DNA of 64,000 bases, taken from NCBI GenBank assembly GCA_963727805.1, contig CAVSHF010000003.1:1664001-1728000 (forward strand). Reading direction: 5' to 3'. Every line of letters starts with the position of its first letter. Within the stretch, counting starts at the first letter, position 1. The translations under genes and the position numbers were made by a program. Origin of the DNA: an uncultured Nitrospiraceae bacterium. Lineage in GTDB: Bacteria; Nitrospirota; Thermodesulfovibrionia; Thermodesulfovibrionales; Dissulfurispiraceae. Of this stretch, positions 40,442 through 54,902 are shown piece by piece. The notes below the pieces were generated by a model. That model saw only the letters and a list, made by a program, of their open reading frames with translations. It had not been told where the DNA came from and made no database searches.

Positions 40442-40547
40442 AAGCGCTTCCCCGGTCACCTCCGATATTAATCCGGACGTACCAATCACGGGAGAATTGG
40501 AACAAATGACACCATGTCCGAGGACATGCACTAATAAGGTTGCGCTT
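40442..40547 (+). ncRNA. Candidate multi-stem structured 5' leader RNA
   Basis: Closing stem aagcgc/gcgctt encloses gtca/tgac, tccg/cgga, ccaat/attgg and catgtc/gacatg stems. Confidence 0.45.
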
Positions 40548-40580
40548 GGGCAAAGTATTTATTGAAAAGGAGGGATTATC

Positions 40581-40739
40581 ATGGCAGAGAAAGCAAGATC
40601 CAAGACTGACGTGTCCGCAAGGGCCGAGGCTAAGAACAAGGTGTCCAGTTGCCGTTATTGCGGCAAGAAAGTCGACGTTGTCCTGGCTGTTTCGCCGTCT
40701 GGGAAAAAGAGAGTTAAACGCGTCTGCTGCGAAGGCTGA
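40581..40739 (+). CDS. 52-aa basic Zn-ribbon-like protein MAEKARSKTDVSARAEAKNKVSSCRYCGKKVDVVLAVSPSGKKRVKRVCCEG
   Basis: AAGGAGG SD, CxxC and CC, own promoter and terminator; missed by the ORF track. Confidence 0.75.
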   Translation: MAEKARSKTDVSARAEAKNKVSSCRYCGKKVDVVLAVSPSGKKRVKRVCCEG

Positions 40740-40743
40740 CCTG

Positions 40744-40785
40744 ATGACGCCGGTGCAGAACCCTTGACGCCGGCGTCATTTATTT
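40744..40785 (+). terminator. Terminator after the small Zn protein
   Basis: atgacgccgg / ccggcgtcat followed by ttattt. Confidence 0.7.
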
Positions 40786-40874
40786 ACTCATCAATTCATA
40801 CCTGCTTCGGTCTAATCTATCCTATTCCCACTTCTCGATTGAATAATTTTAGTGTGAGCCAACAAGATTTCTTT

Positions 40875-41207
40875 TTAAAAATCAGGAAACATCTTTAGAT
40901 TAAGGCGATTGCCATCTTCGCTTGTTGACCGAGCGGTCAATATCCCGCCCTCGACATATGCGAGATCGAACCCCTTAAATCCTCGAGTGATTAGACCCTT
41001 GGCATCAGCGGGGCATCCGCGTTCACAGCCGACTGTACCCTTGATCATTTCCGAAATAAGCCCTCTCACATCTGAAGTGGCAACACTGGTCCCCTTTGAG
41101 AGGGCAAGTAGTTCAATCCGCGCGATTATGTCATCAAGATCGGGTCGAAAGGGCTGATCAATCGGTATTGTTACAGAAGCACCATCAATAATTACTTCAA
41201 AGACCAT
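40875..41207 (-). CDS. Hypothetical protein with a CxxGCP motif
   Basis: 110-aa ORF with ggagg SD; GCERGCPADAKG. Confidence 0.7.
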   Translation of the reverse strand: MVFEVIIDGASVTIPIDQPFRPDLDDIIARIELLALSKGTSVATSDVRGLISEMIKGTVGCERGCPADAKGLITRGFKGFDLAYVEGGILTARSTSEDGNRLNLKMFPDF

Positions 41208-41875
41208 ACCAACCTCCCATTAGGCAACCTTCACACCACAGTTAGGATACCTTATGAATCCTCCCTATAAGACGTTGCAGGATGTTTGATTCTTAGCACC
41301 TTACTGTCTATTATACTGATAGCGCGTCTATAAATCTTTAATAAGCTCTGCTTACGGCGCAATGTCTTCATCTGTTTTTCCCGTAATGCAGACACGTCCC
41401 TCCCAAGTAATGCCACAGATGCCAGGCAGCAATATGTGGGCGTACTTTACACATCGGCATTTCTGTAAAGAGCTTACAAATCTAATCTTATCACGATCTC
41501 AAATTATTTTGAGAATTGTGTCTTTTTGTCATTCGCAGTCATTCAGGCCTACTGTCAGTATAGGTCAGTCCTTTACCTGTGCTTTTCTAGGCGTCCTTCC
41601 GCTCAATCATAAACTTGTTGCCCAGATAACAGAAGGAACCCATCCAATTCTCCATACGGTATTCCTGCAAGTCTCTAGGGGATGCCATATATATATTAGG
41701 AGGGCCGTGATGTTGGAGTCGATGTATTGCTACGTTACTTTCACAAACTGCATGACTTGGATATCTCATGCCTGTTATTTGTAATTACCTAGATTGGTCA
41801 ACCCCAGGGGGCAGGCAAGCCATCCTCCACCCCGCGATAGGGGACTCCGGGCCCTTGGGGAGTTCTCTCATTCAT

Positions 41876-41913
41876 AAAAAAAGAGGGCTTAGGAATTACC
41901 CAAGCCCTCTTTT
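41876..41913 (-). terminator. rRNA operon terminator
   Basis: aaaagagggctt / aagccctctttt immediately after 5S. Confidence 0.85.
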
Positions 41914-41923
41914 CAATTTTTAA

Positions 41924-42040
<117 letters not shown>

Positions 42041-42140
42041 ACTTTATTTCCGATTGAGTTTATTTTAACATTAACTGCGTCAAGAATGCAATAAATATTC
42101 TTTAAAATTATTTGACGAACAAGGGGGGAGGGAAGTTAAA

Positions 42141-45060
<2,920 letters not shown>

Positions 45061-45145
45061 TTACTTTACTTCTTTCTCTTCCCCTTGTTTGTCAAAGATC
45101 AAATTCAAAGACTCAAAGCATTCGCTTTGAGTCTGGAATTTTAAT

Positions 45146-45221
45146 TGGTGGAGGTGAACGGGATCGAACCGATGACCCCCTGCTTGCAAAGCAGGTGCTC
45201 TCCCAGCTGAGCTACACCCCC
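45146..45221 (-). tRNA. tRNA-Ala (TGC)
   Basis: gggggtgtagctcagctgggagagc...ttgca...ggttcgatccc...CCA. Confidence 0.96.
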
Positions 45222-45227
45222 ATAACA

Positions 45228-45300
45228 TGGGCCTGATTGGAATCGAACCAATCACCTCACCCTTATCAGGGGTGCGCTCTACCAACTGAGCTACAGGCCC
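45228..45300 (-). tRNA. tRNA-Ile (GAT), CCA not encoded
   Basis: gggcctgtagctcagttggtagagcgcacccctGATaagggtg...ggccca followed by tgt. Confidence 0.96.
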
Positions 45301-45376
45301 GAGGCCCGCTATTTTACGACCTCCATCTATCTAAAAAAGTGCGTGGTAAAAGAATCCTGACAAGCCGTTATCCTTA

Positions 45377-46896
<1,520 letters not shown>

Positions 46897-46960
46897 TTTT
46901 TTCTGGCAAATGTAAAACTATTGAAGCTTGCAGTCACTTTACCACGCACTTAATTAGCTG

Positions 46961-47011
46961 ATTATCAAAGAACGAGTAGACATCATAATCAAAATAGATG
47001 ACACGTGTCAA
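46961..47011 (-). promoter_or_regulatory. rRNA promoter and boxA-like element
   Basis: TTGACA (47011-47006), 18 bp, TATGAT (46987-46982); cgttctttgataat boxA-like downstream. Confidence 0.7.
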
Positions 47012-47126
47012 CTCCTTTTTAACATTTTTAGAAATGTTGTACTATGAACAGGAACCCCTCTTATTGCCACGATTGTGTGTGTTCGATCTTTACTAATAAA
47101 AGGAAAATCTGTTATAACATCCCATC

Positions 47127-47201
47127 GGGCGATTAGCTCAGTGGGAGAGCGCTTCCTTCACACGGAAGAGGTCGAGGGTTCGATACCCCCATCGCCTACC
47201 A
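47127..47201 (+). tRNA. tRNA-Val (CAC)
   Basis: Cloverleaf; anticodon arm cttcc-tt-CAC-ac-ggaag; ggttcga T-loop; CCA encoded. Confidence 0.95.
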
Positions 47202-47745
47202 TATTTCTCAATGACTTGCCAGTCTCACCCACGCGGCTTATTGCCAAATTGTGCTAATCATTTCCGTTGAAATATCTTCTATTGGAAAAACTTCTCGGAA
47301 ATCCTCGCGAAATGGTAACCTGAATATGCTGCAAAGTATAGATGGAAATATTCAACGATCGATCCTCTGTTCCACATACACGTGCACACTTTTAAGCTGG
47401 GTTTACAAATGAGGATTCTGGTATGTATGCAAAATTACAGCATCTCTTGTCCGCAATATTGTAGAAGCTAGTTCGATATTAAGAAAGCCGGAGCAGTCAA
47501 AATGCTTCAGTTTTTCCTTTTGAATAATTAATTATGTGCTGACGTGATATGCAGCGTCGCCAAGTCTATCCAAAAAAGTTTATCATAGGTTCGCCACACA
47601 TGCATCGACAATGCAATCCGCCTCGGCGGATATCGTTTGTGACTAGCGTCACCAAATCCCGAATATCTTCATTTTGGGTCTTCCCTTCTGTTATAAATAC
47701 AGTTATGATACTGAAAATTAGAGCCTAATCTGTAGAGAGGCATTA

Positions 47746-47967
47746 ATGACGATAAGAGTTCAATACCACAATGGCGTCTATGACATAGTCTCCGCCGCTA
47801 CTCTGCAGCGTCTGATCATCAACGGCAAGATCAAAAAGTTTTATCGCTATTCTGAAAGGAGATGGGTTACTATTGGCGTCGATCCCATGAGGAAGGGGGC
47901 CCAGGTATTGGCTCCTTATGCCCAACCCGAAAGACGCTCACCGCAAATCTTCGGACCGCCTTCTTGA
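47746..47967 (+). CDS. GSU3473-family small protein
   Basis: IRVQY.NG.YD.V...L..LI..GKI..F.R...WV.IG.DP.R...ERR; gagagg SD. Confidence 0.75.
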   Translation: MTIRVQYHNGVYDIVSAATLQRLIINGKIKKFYRYSERRWVTIGVDPMRKGAQVLAPYAQPERRSPQIFGPPS

Positions 47968-47974
47968 CAGAGCA

Positions 47975-48302
47975 AGATCGCCACCACCCAAAAGTTTTTG
48001 GTCCTGAAAGTGAAAATCCTTTATAATCTATAACTTAACACTTGGTCGCTGCCTGAGTTCGTGTACCGGATTATTGTAGTCCAGTCTCGGCTGCCTGTCC
48101 CTTTATATAGTATCCTCAGGAGGGTAATTCGGCTTTTTTATCCAAACGGTCCTGCCACAATATCTGTCCCTCAGTTGAAAATCTCGATTGTTGAATCGCG
48201 CTCTTCAGTCAAATATATACCAAGGATAGCGTCTCCGTCTGATGCACACGCTATATGCGCCATGAACAGGATGCACTCAACGGCAAGAAACAAGCGTATC
48301 AT
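47975..48302 (-). pseudogene. DUF2147-family pseudogene
   Basis: Signal peptide, DAILGIYLTEERDSTIEIFN* then frameshift to DRYCGRTVWIKKPNYP...*...LDYNNP..ELRQRP..L*IIKDF; three stops and one frameshift. Confidence 0.65.
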
Positions 48303-48358
48303 TTTTGTCTTTCACTCGTTAGCGTACGGTTGATAATCTTATAGATTCAACATAATTT

Positions 48359-49573
48359 TTATTGCTTTGAACATACTAGGCTAGGGTCAAGGTAGATTAT
48401 ATCTGACATTTTGTTCTTCTCTCTGGGCTCATCGATTAAATGGAGAGGATCCACCATCGCCCGGAAAGGATGCGGGACTGTTTTTGTCATGTGTGAAGGG
48501 TCTTTGCTGAAATAGTAGACAGGGATCTCGACAGTCTGACGCCCACCGGGGGGTATGGCGTTCAATCCTGCGCTGTTGCCCCAATCATTGCGTGGAAGGT
48601 CCATCACTTGGACCACCGTTTTGTCCGGCATGGCAGGTGATGGAGCTGATCCGACATTGGCCACGGTAACCTCGAAGTAAAAAATGGGTTGATTCGGCTC
48701 GCATTTTCCCCAACCCTTGAAACGGAAAGTTTCTATAACAAGATCGGGTTTACTGGCTGATGTAACGATTTTAAGAGGACAACAGGCACAGTTATTTTCC
48801 TCGTCGCTTTCCTTGAACTTATTGCCAGCATCAATGACCGCACATAAGAAATAGTCTCCTGCCGGGGTATCGGCTGGTATTGTATTGGGACCAATAGGAC
48901 TAATGACAAGCCTCTGACCTGCATTCAAGGAAACCTGCTGGCGCCCTCCTTTTAGAAGCACCCCATCATGAAAATGTGGAGAATACTCTGCCAAGGGTGT
49001 AGGGACAGGACATGTAAGCTCTTTCTTTAACATTATGTCGATTATGACATCTTTGGTATCGATCATACCCCGATTTATCGCCTTTATTTTCAGAGCAGTC
49101 CCTAGATCATGACCGGGTCTTGCCGTCTTGGGACATTCCTTGATTTTCACAGTCAAATCTGTAGCTGTTTGGTCGCAATTTAAATTGAACTTTGCCTTGT
49201 TCGACTCGATTTCCTCCGGATATACAATCTGGATTATCTTCCATCCTTCATGTGAGGGCAAGGAAGGGGTACCGATAGTCCGTTGCACGTTTATTACCTT
49301 CGTACCCGGACCGCTGAATTCAAGGGTTTCGACTGGAAATAATGTGCCATCGCTGCTCTTGATCCTATACTGTACCTTGCCCGGTTTGTCAGACGTTATT
49401 GCGCCTTTGAAATAAATCTCGGCAGGACAGGGACCGGAATAAGATAAATTATCTGAGTTTAGAGTCACTGTGATCCCTGACTCAGCACAGCTTGCAGTCA
49501 ACACATATAGCAATGTAACGATGCCAATTATCTGAGCTCTTTTACCTGCAAAAAACTTCCCTCTCAAGTCCAT
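48359..49573 (-). CDS. Secreted protein with two CARDB/Ig-like domains
   Basis: Signal peptide; DLTV...IPADTPAGDYFLCAVID...ESDEENN and PDLVI...VTVANVG. Confidence 0.78.
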   Translation of the reverse strand: MDLRGKFFAGKRAQIIGIVTLLYVLTASCAESGITVTLNSDNLSYSGPCPAEIYFKGAITSDKPGKVQYRIKSSDGTLFPVETLEFSGPGTKVINVQRTIGTPSLPSHEGWKIIQIVYPEEIESNKAKFNLNCDQTATDLTVKIKECPKTARPGHDLGTALKIKAINRGMIDTKDVIIDIMLKKELTCPVPTPLAEYSPHFHDGVLLKGGRQQVSLNAGQRLVISPIGPNTIPADTPAGDYFLCAVIDAGNKFKESDEENNCACCPLKIVTSASKPDLVIETFRFKGWGKCEPNQPIFYFEVTVANVGSAPSPAMPDKTVVQVMDLPRNDWGNSAGLNAIPPGGRQTVEIPVYYFSKDPSHMTKTVPHPFRAMVDPLHLIDEPREKNKMSDIIYLDPSLVCSKQ

Positions 49574-49976
49574 AGCTGACTTTAGCACTATTGAGATACG
49601 AAGTGTCAAGACTGCAAAAAATAGCCAGGATTCTCAATTATTCGCGTCACGCTGCCCGCGTATTTTGTAAATGGTGAATGAGGATATTATGAGTACCGGA
49701 AAGATATGTCATCATCTTCATTGAGGAATTAATAGACAACGCAGCAGCGGACATCATGTCGCGGATCTCCTAATCGGTTGAGCAACGAATACTGCGTCTA
49801 CAGAGCATGGAGATCCGAAAAACTATATTTGCTGGTATTAAACGCGAGGGTCGATAATTGACGGTATCATGAAAATCCGCACGACCCAGGTCGATACACG
49901 ATATACTTAGACAAATCTATTAGGATTGCATATTCCTTCGATAGATGGGGGGAATCCTGCGGTAGGCGGGATTTCT

Positions 49977-50783
49977 CTAATAATACCCATTGGCATGAAT
50001 ATTTTGTTTGAAAAAGCTGATTGTTTCTTCTGCTACCCGATCCTTTTGGTTGTCCAGAGGCAACATGTGATAGGTATCATCCAGGAGAACCTTTCGAACC
50101 AGGTGCGTACCGATATTCTTCTCGATGTAATTTGCGTTTTTTATGCTCGCGACATCATCCTCAAGTGCATGAAGGATCAACGTCGGCACATTCACCTTGT
50201 GAAGGTTCTTCTTCACTATCTTTATCAGCTTAAAGAGTTCGTGCATGCTCTGAGATGGGAAATGGGCATATGCAATTGAATTCTCCTTGAGGGCTATCTC
50301 GATTTGCTTCCTCATGCGTTCGTTCTTTACGCCGTATGGCGGCCGTTCTTCGTAAGAAGCAAAATATTTTAGGGGCGGCAGATAGAATAACGGCAGAATG
50401 AACTTATACCAGGGTAAGCTCCAACCATCGTAGAAGAGAGTCGTCGACAAGGTCGCAATGGAGGAAACCTCGTCTCCCTCTTCATAGGCTAGATGAAGGG
50501 CCAGGAGTGCCCCCATGCATAACCCAGATACAGATACAGTTTTATGGCTCTTCTGCAATTCTTTAAATGTGTCACGGACTGTCCCGTACCAGTCATGCCA
50601 GGTTGTCGCCGTAAGCTCCTCCAATGTTTGGCCATGACCGGCGAGGCAGGGCCCTTTTACCGTAAACCCGCTGTTGTTCAGTTTTCTTGCAAGCGGTTTC
50701 AATTCAAAGGGGCTGCCCGTAAGGCCATGAATCAAGAGGACTGCATGTTCACCGCCCAACAGGTCTATTTTATAGTTGTTCAC
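49977..50783 (-). CDS. Alpha/beta-hydrolase (carboxylesterase-like) with GLCMG nucleophile elbow
   Basis: LLIHGLTGSP, L.GHG, GLCMG, EDD and YHML; start 50783 or 50816. Confidence 0.88.
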   Translation of the reverse strand: MNNYKIDLLGGEHAVLLIHGLTGSPFELKPLARKLNNSGFTVKGPCLAGHGQTLEELTATTWHDWYGTVRDTFKELQKSHKTVSVSGLCMGALLALHLAYEEGDEVSSIATLSTTLFYDGWSLPWYKFILPLFYLPPLKYFASYEERPPYGVKNERMRKQIEIALKENSIAYAHFPSQSMHELFKLIKIVKKNLHKVNVPTLILHALEDDVASIKNANYIEKNIGTHLVRKVLLDDTYHMLPLDNQKDRVAEETISFFKQNIHANGYY

Positions 50784-51458
50784 ACTTTCCTCACTACATG
50801 TACCGTATTCGTCCACCGAAGGCGAAGAAGTTTGACATATGATCCTAATGCTTAGCCACTTCTCCCTTTATAGAGGACATAATCAATATTACTCTCGGCG
50901 TCCAAGCCCTTTTTCATCTTCTACGGCTTCAACGTTTGCCTTTGCTTTATGACTATCGTAAGCAGTGTCAATTGGACATAGTCTTCTTGGATTTGCCGAT
51001 ACTCTGCCTATCCTAGCCCCGAGCACGCAATCAATAAGACTTCCAGCAATCGCGGTTGTTCTACATAGACACCAACGAGATATATTTTAAGTTTAAATCA
51101 TCGCACTAGAAAAAGTCCTCGTGCCTTCATAGCAAAATTCGATTTATAGGCCTGTTGAGAATTGGATGGGGCTGATCAACTTTTATTAGGAATCATGTAT
51201 GCGGTGTTCAACTGAAATACACGCTTACCTGGTATACCCCAAAAAAGTTTTTTTAGGTGAAGCCGACTCTCTCACTCAATGGGATGCGCATTCGCACATC
51301 ATCCCGTTTGTAATCACGTTTAAGAATGCGTTGAGTTTGATCGATAACTATCAGATTAATGATCAGCAGCTTACGCTCCTTATGCTTTTTAAGGGTATTC
51401 CGGATTCCTGAGACCATCCGGTTTGCTTGTAAAAGAGATCTTTTATTATACTGGTTAT

Positions 51459-51731
51459 ATGTATGATGAAAAGATCGATGAAATTCTGGGCATCGTCAGA
51501 TGTGCCCGTTGTGGACAACGTCTTGAGGGCGATATCGAGTGTCCTTTTTGCTCTCTTTTCCCTGAGCGGGCGAAGAAAAGAAATTTTAAATGGGTTTATT
51601 TTACCGCGTGTTTCCTCACTTCACCGCTCAGCATATATTTTATCTTTACAAATGATCGTCTGAGGCCACTTGAGAAGGTTCTTGCGCTCTCGGGATGTCT
51701 TTTTTGGTTTACTTTTTATTTTCTGTTGTAG
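51459..51731 (+). CDS. Small Zn-ribbon plus two-TM hypothetical protein
   Basis: CARCG...CPFC followed by two hydrophobic segments. Confidence 0.6.
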   Translation: MYDEKIDEILGIVRCARCGQRLEGDIECPFCSLFPERAKKRNFKWVYFTACFLTSPLSIYFIFTNDRLRPLEKVLALSGCLFWFTFYFLL

Positions 51732-52138
51732 TAATGACTCTGTGCCAGCCAATGACCACGCAAAAGTAAACTTCCGATGCGTCCTCAGGAGTTCAATTGC
51801 CTAATCCCATTTTAGTTAAATGTAGGTTCACTGAAGATGGCGATGAATAGCACGGCGCAAAGATGCGGGGTTTGGCAAAAGAACCTTTTTGCGCAGTTTT
51901 TTCTGAAGTCTTCATTTAGGGCATGCCAGTCGATAATGAAGGGATTCTGGCAATGTGGAGCTAACAAATGCGGAAGACTCTGTATTTGGTGTAGTAATCT
52001 TTTTTTCTACGGTAGCTATTTAGAATCTGTCTCAAAATCAACTTTGAGCTTTCAATATGCGGATTTCGGTGATGGCGACCAGCTGTTTCGGTCGATGGCG
52101 ACCACTGCGAGAACGTCGTCGCACTGGGGTTAGTCATA

Positions 52139-52891
52139 TTACTCGGAGTGGTCGCGATGCGTCAAGTTTTGCTTCTTTTTCCGCATCGACTCTCCCTTCA
52201 GCGTGATCTTGTGCGCAGCGTGAATGATCCTATCGAGTATGGCATCGGCCAGCGTCGGTTCTCCGATCAACTCAAACCACTTTGAAACAGGATACTGGCT
52301 CGTTATTAGCGTTGATCTGAGTCCGTGCCGATCCTCTATGACTTCCAGGAAGTCCCTTCTCTCTGCCTCATTCATTGAAGATAAGCCCCAATCGTCGATA
52401 ACGAGAAGCTCTGTCTTGGCTATCTTGTTCAAGAGTTTCAGGTAACTGCCGTCTCCTCTCGCTATTGCGAGCTCCCTGAAGAGCCGTGGATAGCGGTAGT
52501 AGATTGCCGTCATTCCTTCACGGCAGGCTTTTTGTGCAAATGCTTCAGCGAGGTAGCTCTTGCCAATGCCCGTAGGCCCCGTGATGATAACGTTGTGGTG
52601 GTTCTTGATCCACTCGCAGTTTGCCAAAGAGAGAATAAGAGACTTGTCGAGACCCCTTGAGTGCCTGTAGTCAACGTCCTCAATAGTCGCTTGCCTTTTT
52701 AGTTTCGCCGCCTTGAGCCTTATGGCGAGTTTTCTGTTTTCCCGGTACAGCCACTCTCTTTCTACGATCATGGCGAAGCGGTCATCAAAGGACAGCTCCG
52801 TCATGGAGGGCTGCTCACGTTGCTCATTGAAGCCCGTAACCATTCCGCTCAACTTCATATGGTAGAGCTTCTCTACTGTCTGGTTGTTCAT
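52139..52891 (-). CDS. istB: IS21 helper AAA+ ATPase IstB
   Basis: GPTGIGKS, LLVIDDWG and ADAILDRIIH. Confidence 0.96.
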   Translation of the reverse strand: MNNQTVEKLYHMKLSGMVTGFNEQREQPSMTELSFDDRFAMIVEREWLYRENRKLAIRLKAAKLKRQATIEDVDYRHSRGLDKSLILSLANCEWIKNHHNVIITGPTGIGKSYLAEAFAQKACREGMTAIYYRYPRLFRELAIARGDGSYLKLLNKIAKTELLVIDDWGLSSMNEAERRDFLEVIEDRHGLRSTLITSQYPVSKWFELIGEPTLADAILDRIIHAAHKITLKGESMRKKKQNLTHRDHSE

Positions 52892-52908
52892 AAACCTCCT
52901 TGTGTTGT

Positions 52909-54453
52909 TCAGTTGTAGTAATCGCTGCCCCTGATGTTGTCGTGATAGACGATAGCTGTCACCTCCTTGTCTTCGGTTATCGGTAGCTGGTCAATGCCAT
53001 GCTCAAGGATTGAGTTAACGCTTCTGTATGAGAACGACCTGATAAGGAGTGCCCTTTGAGCTGCGGCCTCAAGCCGCTCGGCAGAGTATCGTTTGCCAAG
53101 TCTCATGATTCCGAGGCATGAGCGGTATCCCTGTTCGGGATGCGGCCTGGCGAGCATGATCTGTTCAAGCAGTTCTGCAGTATGCGGGCCTACTGTACTT
53201 GCAGCCCAATGGATGATCCTCGATGGCGACCACTCAAGATAACGCTGATGGGACTTGGGTCTATGCTCTGCGATCGTCGTGAAGCCTCCCTTCTGGAAGC
53301 TTCTTTGATGCAGGGCTACTCGCCTGGATTTGAATAGAATCTCTACTGTATTCATAGTCATCCTGACGTCAACCTGCTTTCTAACAAGTTGATAAGGAAC
53401 GCTATAGCAGTGACCTTCGACCTCGATGTGATGGTCGATGTTGACGGTGGCTTTCTTCCACTGGGCATATTGGTATCGTTCCAGTGGAAGCGGTCTCAAT
53501 GCCGGCTTGTCGATCGCCTCAAACATCTCGCGTCTGCATCCGGGCAGCTTTTTGAAGGGACGATTGTTGAGTCGCTCAAGGAGCTCTCGGATTGCTTCAT
53601 TCAACTCGCGCAGGCTGAAGAAGGTTCGGTTTCTAAGGGCCGCAAGTATCCATCGAGTAACAACGAGCACGGCTGATTCGCCCTTGGCTTTGTCCTTTGG
53701 CTTTGCTGCTCTGGCAGGGATGATGACTGTGCCATAATGGGCGGAGAACTCTTGGTATGTGGCGTTCAGTTCCGGCTCGTATCGACAGGCCCTAGTCACT
53801 GCAGCCTTGAGATTGTCAGGCACCATAATCATAGGGACCCCACCTATAAACTCCAGGGCGTTTATATTGCAGCTGATCCAGGACGGGATGTCTTGACGCA
53901 GCACCGCTTCGGCATAAGTATAGTTGCTGGCACCAAGTACTGAGACGAAGATCTGGGCTTCGTAAACTTCCGTCGTCAGGGGATTGATGATGGGGATGGT
54001 TTTGCCCGCGAAGTCCAGGAAGAGCTTTTCGCCTGCACGATGAACCTGTCGCATGCTGACTTCAACGGTCTCGGCCCAGCGCCGATAATGCTCGCAGAAC
54101 TGAGTATATTGATACCCGTCGGGGTACTTCTCTTTGTACTCCTGCCATAGGAGATAGAGCGTTACGCCCTTCTTCCTCAGTTCCCTGTGGAGTTCATCCA
54201 TTGCCGGAAGTGGCCGGACTGTATCCCGGGCAACAGATTCCTTGCCGAACAGCAATTGCTCAAGTCCGGTGTCGTCGAGATCAGAGGGCAGCGGCCAGGT
54301 GATCGCCGCCTGTTCCGCCTTCTCAAGATACTTTACGACGGTGCTGTGCGAAACCTTCACACAGCGGGCAATCTGCCGCTTGGGTAGCTTCAGGTCGAAG
54401 TGTAGTCTTAATATCTCTCTCGTCTTTTGCATGGTTATGGTCGGGGTGGACAT
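52909..54453 (-). CDS. istA: IS21 DDE transposase IstA
   Basis: N-terminal HTH; DFAG, VPDNLKAAV, PKDKAKGE and YSVPY; start 54453 with ggagg SD. Confidence 0.96.
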   Translation of the reverse strand: MSTPTITMQKTREILRLHFDLKLPKRQIARCVKVSHSTVVKYLEKAEQAAITWPLPSDLDDTGLEQLLFGKESVARDTVRPLPAMDELHRELRKKGVTLYLLWQEYKEKYPDGYQYTQFCEHYRRWAETVEVSMRQVHRAGEKLFLDFAGKTIPIINPLTTEVYEAQIFVSVLGASNYTYAEAVLRQDIPSWISCNINALEFIGGVPMIMVPDNLKAAVTRACRYEPELNATYQEFSAHYGTVIIPARAAKPKDKAKGESAVLVVTRWILAALRNRTFFSLRELNEAIRELLERLNNRPFKKLPGCRREMFEAIDKPALRPLPLERYQYAQWKKATVNIDHHIEVEGHCYSVPYQLVRKQVDVRMTMNTVEILFKSRRVALHQRSFQKGGFTTIAEHRPKSHQRYLEWSPSRIIHWAASTVGPHTAELLEQIMLARPHPEQGYRSCLGIMRLGKRYSAERLEAAAQRALLIRSFSYRSVNSILEHGIDQLPITEDKEVTAIVYHDNIRGSDYYN

Positions 54454-54569
54454 TGTGCCTCCTTGATGAATGGTCAAGAAGAAACAATGACTTATAACCC
54501 CCTGCTATATCCAGCTAAGACGACGCTCTCGTCAGCTCCTATATGACCTCTCGTTTCGGACTACGACCA

Positions 54570-54668
54570 AAAGTGGTCGCGCTCAGTCCGAAATGGGTGG
54601 TCGCGATACTCCGAAACAGGTGGTCGCGATGGACCGAAATGACTGGTCGCGATGCTCCGAAATACGCA
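54570..54668. repeat. IS21 subterminal ~22-bp repeats
   Basis: Four copies of tggtcgcg-N5-6-ccgaaa here; two to three inverted copies at 52058-52125. Confidence 0.85.
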
Positions 54669-54902
54669 CAATACAAGAATTGGCTTCATATGCAACAGAT
54701 AGTATTCCTTTTAAATGCACTATTTCGTGACGTTGGATGTCTCCGCAGTTCCATAGTCCCTGTATCGTATGCATTTTTAGATAGGTTCTACCCAAATTCT
54801 AATATAGGATGATTCGAATATTTGTCGCCCAATTTGTGATGCGCTAATCGGATTTAGTTTTATGATGATTGAATCGTACAGCAGCATTCAGCGGAGTGTT
54901 TA

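Larger units (their letters stand above)
52058..54668 (-). mobile_element. IS21-family insertion sequence, 2611 bp, apparently intact
   Basis: Termini TGCGGATTTCGG / CCGAAATACGCA (TG...CA); CAATA direct repeats at 52053-52057 and 54669-54673; istA-istB inside. Confidence 0.95.

Noticed and set aside
40540..40767. ORF-track 75-aa call
   Set aside because: The overlapping frame 40581-40739 has the SD, the Cys motif and a fitting terminator
41362..41784. ORFs 41362-41784(+) and 41587-41769(-)
   Set aside because: No SD, no recognisable motif and atypical composition; probably non-coding
48171..48173. TGA at a Cys-like position of DUF2147 read as selenocysteine
   Set aside because: It is followed immediately by a frameshift and later by TAA and TAG stops; simple decay explains it
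54570..54668. Regularly spaced repeats resembling a mini-CRISPR array
   Set aside because: The period is only ~22 bp, there are no spacers of CRISPR length and no cas genes; they are IS21 subterminal repeats
51837..54812. A gene split by IS21 (plus-strand halves join in frame as ...SFQY|KNWLH...)
   Set aside because: The joined peptide has no recognisable motif or SD and starts inside a degenerate repeat; any stop-free frame would join this way
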